From Promethearchaeota archaeon Loki_b31 (lineage in GTDB: Archaea; Asgardarchaeota; Lokiarchaeia; Sigyniarchaeales; SOKP01): a stretch of 64,000 nucleotides of DNA. Every line of letters begins with the position of its first letter. The first letter of the stretch is position 1. The notes under the pieces are model-generated. The model was given only the letters and a program-made list of their open reading frames with translations. It was not told where the DNA came from and ran no database searches. The position numbers and the translations under genes were made by a program. Of this stretch, positions 58,207-64,000 are shown one piece after another. The stretch is taken from contig NJBI01000009.1 of assembly GCA_005222975.1 (NCBI GenBank), positions 1 through 64,000 on the forward strand. The letters are read 5' to 3'.

Positions 58207-59148
58207 ATGGAACTTGATAAAATAAAGCGCATATTGGTTGTAGGTGCTGGCACGATGGGACACGCCATTGCACAAGTCTATGCTACTGCCGGGTTTGAAG
58301 TAGATCTTGTAGATTTAAATCAAGAGGTTCTTGATAATGCCATAAATAAGATTAAATCAAACCTTTCTTTGTTGGTAGAGTATAAGCATGTAAAAAGTGG
58401 TGAAATTTCAAATATTTTGAATCGTATCCATCCATCTACCGATTTAAAAGTTGCTGCCCAAAATTGCGATTTAGTTTTAGAAGCAGTTTCTGAAGATCGT
58501 AACATAAAGCGAGATGTTTTTTCTCAATTAAATGAATTCTGTTCTGAAGATATTATTTTAGCAAGCAATACTTCTGAATTAAATATATTCAATGTCGCAA
58601 AAGTTAAAAATCCGAAACGCTTGGTAATCCACCATTGGTTTCATCCACCATACATTATTCCTTTAGTTGAAATAGTAGCTGGGCGTAAAACTTCTTCTGA
58701 AGTCATTGATATTTCGTTTAAATTATTAGAAAAAATTGGCAAAAAACCTTTAATCTTGAAAAAGTTCACGAATGCTTTTATTGTCAATAAAATCCAGCAA
58801 GCAATTAATTCTGCGGTCTTTGCTCTTTTAATACAAGGCATAGCTTCTCCAGAAGAAATTGACATGGCGATTAAGAACAGTGTAGGTATACGTCTGCCGT
58901 TTGCCGGAGTAGCACAAAATCTTGATTTTGTAGGACTCGATGTTGTATATGATATTATCAAGAATATGGGCATGGATCTCGCGCTACTTAAAAATAAAGT
59001 GAAGAATGGGCAATTAGGGGCTAAAACATCAAAAGGTTTTTACGATTACCAAGGTCGAACTGAAGAAGAAATCCTTACTAAGAGGGATAAACTTTACTTA
59101 CAAATGCTCGATTTTCTTAAACAAATGAACGCATTTAAACCAATTTAA
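58207..59148 (+). CDS. 3-hydroxyacyl-CoA dehydrogenase
   Basis: GAGTMG, EAVSE, ASNTS, HWFHPP, LGAKTSKGFY. Confidence 0.9.
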   Translation: MELDKIKRILVVGAGTMGHAIAQVYATAGFEVDLVDLNQEVLDNAINKIKSNLSLLVEYKHVKSGEISNILNRIHPSTDLKVAAQNCDLVLEAVSEDRNIKRDVFSQLNEFCSEDIILASNTSELNIFNVAKVKNPKRLVIHHWFHPPYIIPLVEIVAGRKTSSEVIDISFKLLEKIGKKPLILKKFTNAFIVNKIQQAINSAVFALLIQGIASPEEIDMAIKNSVGIRLPFAGVAQNLDFVGLDVVYDIIKNMGMDLALLKNKVKNGQLGAKTSKGFYDYQGRTEEEILTKRDKLYLQMLDFLKQMNAFKPI

Positions 59149-59219
59149 AGAAAAACATTTAATTCAATAATTTTCATTTAATAATAAAATTATAATATTG
59201 AAACTGTAATGAAATTAAA

Positions 59220-61337
59220 ATGCCCAAAACACTAGATGCTTTTATCGAGGATAAAAATATCAATTTAATTAGAAAAAGGGATTTAAAAAGATCTTCAAAT
59301 CTGAAAAAGGAATTTAATGAAATCAATCAACACCTTTATGCGAAATTAAAACACACGGAAACTGATACAAGAGCTCGTTCAAATGAAATTTTAAAACTTA
59401 TTTTATGTAAATTAGTTGATGAAATAAGTAATTCTTTACCTGATTCTATCATGTCGTTTAGCATTAAACAGGGTGAAACAGAAAAAAAATTATTCGATCG
59501 GCTTCAGAATTTCTTTAAGGAGAATCTAAAAGATAAATATAAGAATCTCATTGATGAAAATGAAAAAATCAATTTAAACAAAGAGTTGGTATTTTTAATT
59601 GTTGAAAAATTACAAAGAATATCTCTTCTTGAATCTTCTAAAGATGTTTTGGCTGATACTTTTGAGATCTTTGTAAGTAGATTATTAAAAGAAGAAGGAG
59701 GGCAATTCTTTACTCCCACGAGTATAATTAAATTTATGGTGCGCTATTTAAATCCCGAGACGGATTCTAAGATTATAGATCCTGCGTGTGGGCATGGTGG
59801 TTTTCTATTAGAATGCAAAGACCTCTTATGGTCAAAAATTGAACAGAAATACGGAGCTCAAATAGATATTTTTAAAAAAAAGAAAATCGAAGTTATATCC
59901 AATCTCTATGGGATTGATAAGGATTCATATCTAGCAAAAATCTGTAATTTATACTTAGATATAATAAGTCAGGGTAAATCTAATATATTTTGCGATAATT
60001 CTCTGGATCCTAATAACTATAGTAAAGAATCTTCAGATGCAATAAAAAATAACCATTTCGATTTTGTGGTTACTAACCCCCCTTTTGGCGCAAAAATACC
60101 CATTGATAATAAGGAAATTTTAAAAAAGTATGCTTTAGCACATAAGTGGGACTACAAAGATAATATATGGGTTAAACAAAATAAGTTAGTTAAAAAACAA
60201 CCACCTCAGATTCTATTTATAGAAAGATGTGTACAACTATTAAAAGACAGTGGAAAATTAGGAATTGTTTTACCTGAAGGTCTTTTTGGAAATCCTTCAA
60301 ATAGATATATCTGGGAGTATTTACGGAGTAAAGGTAAGATAGTAGGAATTATTAGTTTAGATCAGAACACATTTCAGCCTTACACATGTAATAAGACAAG
60401 TATTCTTTTCTTTCAAAAATTAAAAGAAATCCCCAAGAACTATAAAATTGATTTTGGAATTGTTGACAATGTTGGCCACGATAAAGACGGAAAAGTTTTG
60501 TATAAATTAAATAAGGATGGAAGTATAAAATATGATCAGTATAAAAAACCGATTGTCAATAATGAATTAATTAATTTACACCTTAAAATTAATGAAAGTG
60601 CTGAATTCAGCTACTTAGAAAACCAAAAAGTTTTCAAATTAAGTTTAAATCAGATAAAAAACAATATTTTCATACCTAACTATTACACAGGCGTAGAAAA
60701 AACTCTAAAATCTTTAGAAAATAATAAGGACTTTCAATTAGTATCTATAGGTGATTTAGTTAAAAAAGGAATAATCTACACAAAAAATAAAGGGTACTTA
60801 CCAAGAGGAGACGAAATTGGCTCACACGTTTATGGTTTAGGAGATATTCCGTTTATCCGTACTAGCGAAATTAATAAATGGGAAGTCGATCTAAATTCAC
60901 ATAAAAAAACTTCCAACGAAGTATACGACCAATTTAAAGACAAACAGAATATCAAAATTGGAGACATTCTGTTAGTAAAGGATGGCGGGCCAAATCTAAT
61001 TGGAAATACAGCATTTATTACTGAGTTAGATACAAGAATTATTATCCAGAGTCATATATTTCAGATAAAAACTCTTAAAAATAACGATTATATTGATTCG
61101 CACCTTTTATTATACCTTCTAAATCTTGACATTGTTCAAAAGCAAATAAAAGCAATAACCTTCGTTCAAGGCACTATTGCTACAATTGGTAATAGAATAA
61201 TGGATGTAATTTTACCAATTCCATCTGAGATTAATAAAAGAAAAGTAATTTCAAAATATATTAAAGAAATTATTGATAATAAAACAGAAATAAGAAAGAA
61301 AATAAATAAACTCTCTATTAACTATTTCAGTGATTAA
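59220..61337 (+). CDS. N6-adenine DNA methyltransferase fused to one HsdS-like target-recognition domain
   Basis: GQFFTP, DPACGHGGFL, TNPPFG, LFIERC; C-terminal IPFIRTSEI, GDILLVKDG, LPIP. Confidence 0.85.
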   Translation: MPKTLDAFIEDKNINLIRKRDLKRSSNLKKEFNEINQHLYAKLKHTETDTRARSNEILKLILCKLVDEISNSLPDSIMSFSIKQGETEKKLFDRLQNFFKENLKDKYKNLIDENEKINLNKELVFLIVEKLQRISLLESSKDVLADTFEIFVSRLLKEEGGQFFTPTSIIKFMVRYLNPETDSKIIDPACGHGGFLLECKDLLWSKIEQKYGAQIDIFKKKKIEVISNLYGIDKDSYLAKICNLYLDIISQGKSNIFCDNSLDPNNYSKESSDAIKNNHFDFVVTNPPFGAKIPIDNKEILKKYALAHKWDYKDNIWVKQNKLVKKQPPQILFIERCVQLLKDSGKLGIVLPEGLFGNPSNRYIWEYLRSKGKIVGIISLDQNTFQPYTCNKTSILFFQKLKEIPKNYKIDFGIVDNVGHDKDGKVLYKLNKDGSIKYDQYKKPIVNNELINLHLKINESAEFSYLENQKVFKLSLNQIKNNIFIPNYYTGVEKTLKSLENNKDFQLVSIGDLVKKGIIYTKNKGYLPRGDEIGSHVYGLGDIPFIRTSEINKWEVDLNSHKKTSNEVYDQFKDKQNIKIGDILLVKDGGPNLIGNTAFITELDTRIIIQSHIFQIKTLKNNDYIDSHLLLYLLNLDIVQKQIKAITFVQGTIATIGNRIMDVILPIPSEINKRKVISKYIKEIIDNKTEIRKKINKLSINYFSD

Positions 61338-61782
61338 GATGAAGATAGAACTTTTTACTATGCGATACTACCACGATATTATTAATCTATGGAAAAGATC
61401 GGGAATAGAAGTAAGCTCATCAGACACCCAAGACGAGATAGCTAAGATACTAAAGCGAAATCCCGATCTATTTCTAATCGGTAAGGAAGGTGAAAATGTT
61501 GTAGCAGTAGGAATAGGTGCTTTTGATGGAAGAAGAGGTTATGTGCATCATCTTGCTATAGATCCAGATTATCAAAAAAAAAAGTACGGCAAAATGATGA
61601 TGGACGATTTAATAGAAAGATTTCGCAAAAAAAAAGTACACAAAGTTCACTTATTTATCGAGAAACATAATGAAGAAGTAGTAGATTTTTATAAGAAATT
61701 AGGATGGGATATTAGAGACGATTTAATTATGATGAGCTTTGTCCCGGATAAAAGTTTGTATAAAAGAGACGTTGAAATTTAA
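61330..61782 (+). CDS. GNAT acetyltransferase (YpeA-like)
   Basis: DGRRGYVHHLAIDPDYQ, FYKKLG. Confidence 0.9.
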   Translation: MIKMKIELFTMRYYHDIINLWKRSGIEVSSSDTQDEIAKILKRNPDLFLIGKEGENVVAVGIGAFDGRRGYVHHLAIDPDYQKKKYGKMMMDDLIERFRKKKVHKVHLFIEKHNEEVVDFYKKLGWDIRDDLIMMSFVPDKSLYKRDVEI

Positions 61783-61889
61783 ATATCCTATTTTTAACTA
61801 TCATCATACTTTTTTTTAGTTTATATTAAAATTTTATATATTATTGGAAGAATATAATCATACTTACAACTATTCAATTGTGATCAAAA

Positions 61890-63662
61890 ATGAGTGACGA
61901 AATTAACGAATATTGGATGCAAAATTGGCCTGAGGAAACCCCTAGACATGTTGAGTATGATGACATTTCTTTAGGTCAAATGTTAAGAAACACAACAGAA
62001 ACTTACCCCGAAAGTGAAGTTATTTACTTTGAAGGGTTTAGGATGAAATATAAGGAATTAGATGTTTTCGTAGATCAGTTTGCTACAGCTCTATACTATA
62101 TGGGAATAAAAAAAGGCGATGTTGTTCTTATAAATTTGCCAAATACACCTCAATTTGTAATTGCTTACTTTGCTCTTGTAAGAATTGGGGCTATAGCTAA
62201 CCCGATTATTCCATTAAATAGATTCTCAGAGATTGTACATCAAGCGAACGACTCTAAAGGTAAAATGATGATTATTTTAGATGTTCTATATGAAGAGCAT
62301 CTACACGGTAAGGATTTAAGTAAGATGCCTACTTTAAAGGACATCATTCTAACAGGTGTTGCAGAATATCTGCCAAAAATCAAGGCAAAATTAGGAACAG
62401 CTTTAGGTAAGGTTCCTAGAATGAAAAAGTGGCCCACTAAAGTTGGAGATGTAAATTTTCATAAATTTCAAGATGTTTTACAAAATGGGCTTCCGATTAA
62501 TTTACCGGATGTGAAAATAAATCCTAAAGAAGATGTTTCTACGCTAATTTATACGGGTGGGACAACTGGTTTACCTAAAGGTTGTATGATGTCTCATTCG
62601 AATTTTGTTGTAAACGCTCAGCAAGGGAACACTTGGGTTCAAACCCAATTGCCGGAGATACAAGATGTTATGGGTAAAGGGGGAATGTTTGTAGTTTTAC
62701 CTTTAGCACACGAATTTGCATTATCAATAGCTATGAATATTGGCATTTCAAATGGTTATAAATTAATACTATTTATTAAGCCTCCAGAAAAGCTTTCAAA
62801 AATATTAGACCTTATTCAGAAAGAAGGAGCAACTTTTGGACCCGGCGTACCCACATTATGGAATAAAATTAGCCAAGACCCTGACTCTAAAAAGTACAAA
62901 AATAAGCTTCCAACGCTTGTAGCCTGTTTGAGTGGGGCTGCTCCTCTTCCTTTAGAAGTTAAACAGGAATTTGAGGATTTAACGGGATCTTTAATAATCG
63001 AGGGCTTTGGTATGAGCGAGACGAGTCCTATTTTAACAGTAACACCCTTCCATAAATATAAAGAAAACACAGTTGGGTTTCCCGTTTCAGATACATTAAT
63101 AAAAATTGTGGATGCTGAGGATGGTATCAAAATCCTACCTCAATGCCAAAACGAAAGCTGCGAAAATTGTGGCGTCGATGAGTCACAATATATTGGAGAA
63201 ATTTGCGGTTCTGGGCCTCAAGTTTTTATGGGTTATTTAAATAGACCTGAAGCGACTGAATATGCGCTAAGAAAAGACTCTAAGGGAAGAACATGGTATT
63301 ACACCGCCGATATCGGATGTATTGATAAGGATGGTTATTTACGCATCAAAGATCGAAAAAGAGATATGATCAAATACAAGGGACACTCAGTATTTCCAAG
63401 AGAAGTAGAGGATTTATTATACCAACTCGAATATATTAACGAAGTTGGCGTTATAGGCGTTCCAGATCCAGAAGTTGGAGAAAATATTAAAGCGTATATA
63501 TCCTTAAAACCAGAATTTCAAGGTAAAGTTACTGAGGAAGATATTACGAAATGGGCTAAAGAAAATATTTCTGCTTTCAAATACCCTCGAATAATTGAAA
63601 TCATACCAGAGTTGCCAAAATCCGTAGTGGGTAAAATTTTGAGAAGAGAACTTCGAGAATAA
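61890..63662 (+). CDS. Long-chain fatty acid-CoA ligase
   Basis: YTGGTTGLPKG, EGFGMSE, GPQVF.GY, DRKRDMI, LPKS.VGK. Confidence 0.92.
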   Translation: MSDEINEYWMQNWPEETPRHVEYDDISLGQMLRNTTETYPESEVIYFEGFRMKYKELDVFVDQFATALYYMGIKKGDVVLINLPNTPQFVIAYFALVRIGAIANPIIPLNRFSEIVHQANDSKGKMMIILDVLYEEHLHGKDLSKMPTLKDIILTGVAEYLPKIKAKLGTALGKVPRMKKWPTKVGDVNFHKFQDVLQNGLPINLPDVKINPKEDVSTLIYTGGTTGLPKGCMMSHSNFVVNAQQGNTWVQTQLPEIQDVMGKGGMFVVLPLAHEFALSIAMNIGISNGYKLILFIKPPEKLSKILDLIQKEGATFGPGVPTLWNKISQDPDSKKYKNKLPTLVACLSGAAPLPLEVKQEFEDLTGSLIIEGFGMSETSPILTVTPFHKYKENTVGFPVSDTLIKIVDAEDGIKILPQCQNESCENCGVDESQYIGEICGSGPQVFMGYLNRPEATEYALRKDSKGRTWYYTADIGCIDKDGYLRIKDRKRDMIKYKGHSVFPREVEDLLYQLEYINEVGVIGVPDPEVGENIKAYISLKPEFQGKVTEEDITKWAKENISAFKYPRIIEIIPELPKSVVGKILRRELRE

Positions 63663-63735
63663 TTAAAAAAACATATTTTATTCCTTTTTTTTTTGTTAAT
63701 ATTAAATAAAAAAAAATTATTATTGTAATAGACTT

Positions 63736-63993
63736 TTACTGGATATTGCGAAATGGAACTAATCTAATTGCTTTATTAGGACATCTATGGTAACATACAG
63801 AACAACCCCCACAATAAGATTCAGTTATAATTGTTATAGCTTTTCCCTCGTCGTTAAATTTTCTAATATTGAGTGGACAATATATTACGCAAGTTCCACA
63901 TGATTTACACTTAGATAATTCTGTTATCGCTTTATACGATAATTTGGATAATTCTCTGATTTTTTTTTGTAATTTAGGTAAGGCTGTTTTCAT
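63736..63993 (-). CDS. 2x[4Fe-4S] ferredoxin-like protein
   Basis: CKSCGTCVIYCP and CGGCSVCYHRCP. Confidence 0.85.
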   Translation of the reverse strand: MKTALPKLQKKIRELSKLSYKAITELSKCKSCGTCVIYCPLNIRKFNDEGKAITIITESYCGGCSVCYHRCPNKAIRLVPFRNIQ

Positions 63994-64000
63994 TATTTAA

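Overview
AT-rich archaeal chromosome segment, most consistent with an Asgard (Lokiarchaeia-like) genome. That assignment is an inference from archaeal RadA, TFB, Hel308, Hef, CdhB/CdhC, many acyl-CoA enzymes and surface proteins ending in GGIP-TM-basic tails. The right part (~41-64 kb) is mostly metabolism and housekeeping: a hydrolase, PHP and Mre11-like phosphoesterases, an NMN adenylyltransferase-like gene, ACDS beta/epsilon, beta-oxidation genes and an orphan DNA methyltransferase. It also holds a 4.6 kb block bracketed by a duplicated gene end. The left part (~3.5-38 kb) is a visibly CpG-richer cluster with no integrase. It combines recombination and repair paralogs (RadA with an extra HhH, RadB-like, SWIM-containing Hel308, nuclease-dead Hef) with a membrane operon built around a degenerate HerA/VirB4-like protein, a membrane-anchored HhH protein, a HEPN-motif protein and a divergent TFB. 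Its promoters share an atypical T-rich element upstream of the TATA box. The top finding is in radA. A 31-nt frame-breaking insert (35605-35635) folds into a bulge-helix-bulge-like structure, and the predicted cut sites exactly restore the conserved GGNIVAH motif. It is therefore a candidate tRNA-type intron in a recombinase mRNA. No rRNA, tRNA or CRISPR array was recognised. All family calls come from motif recognition by eye, not from database searches.
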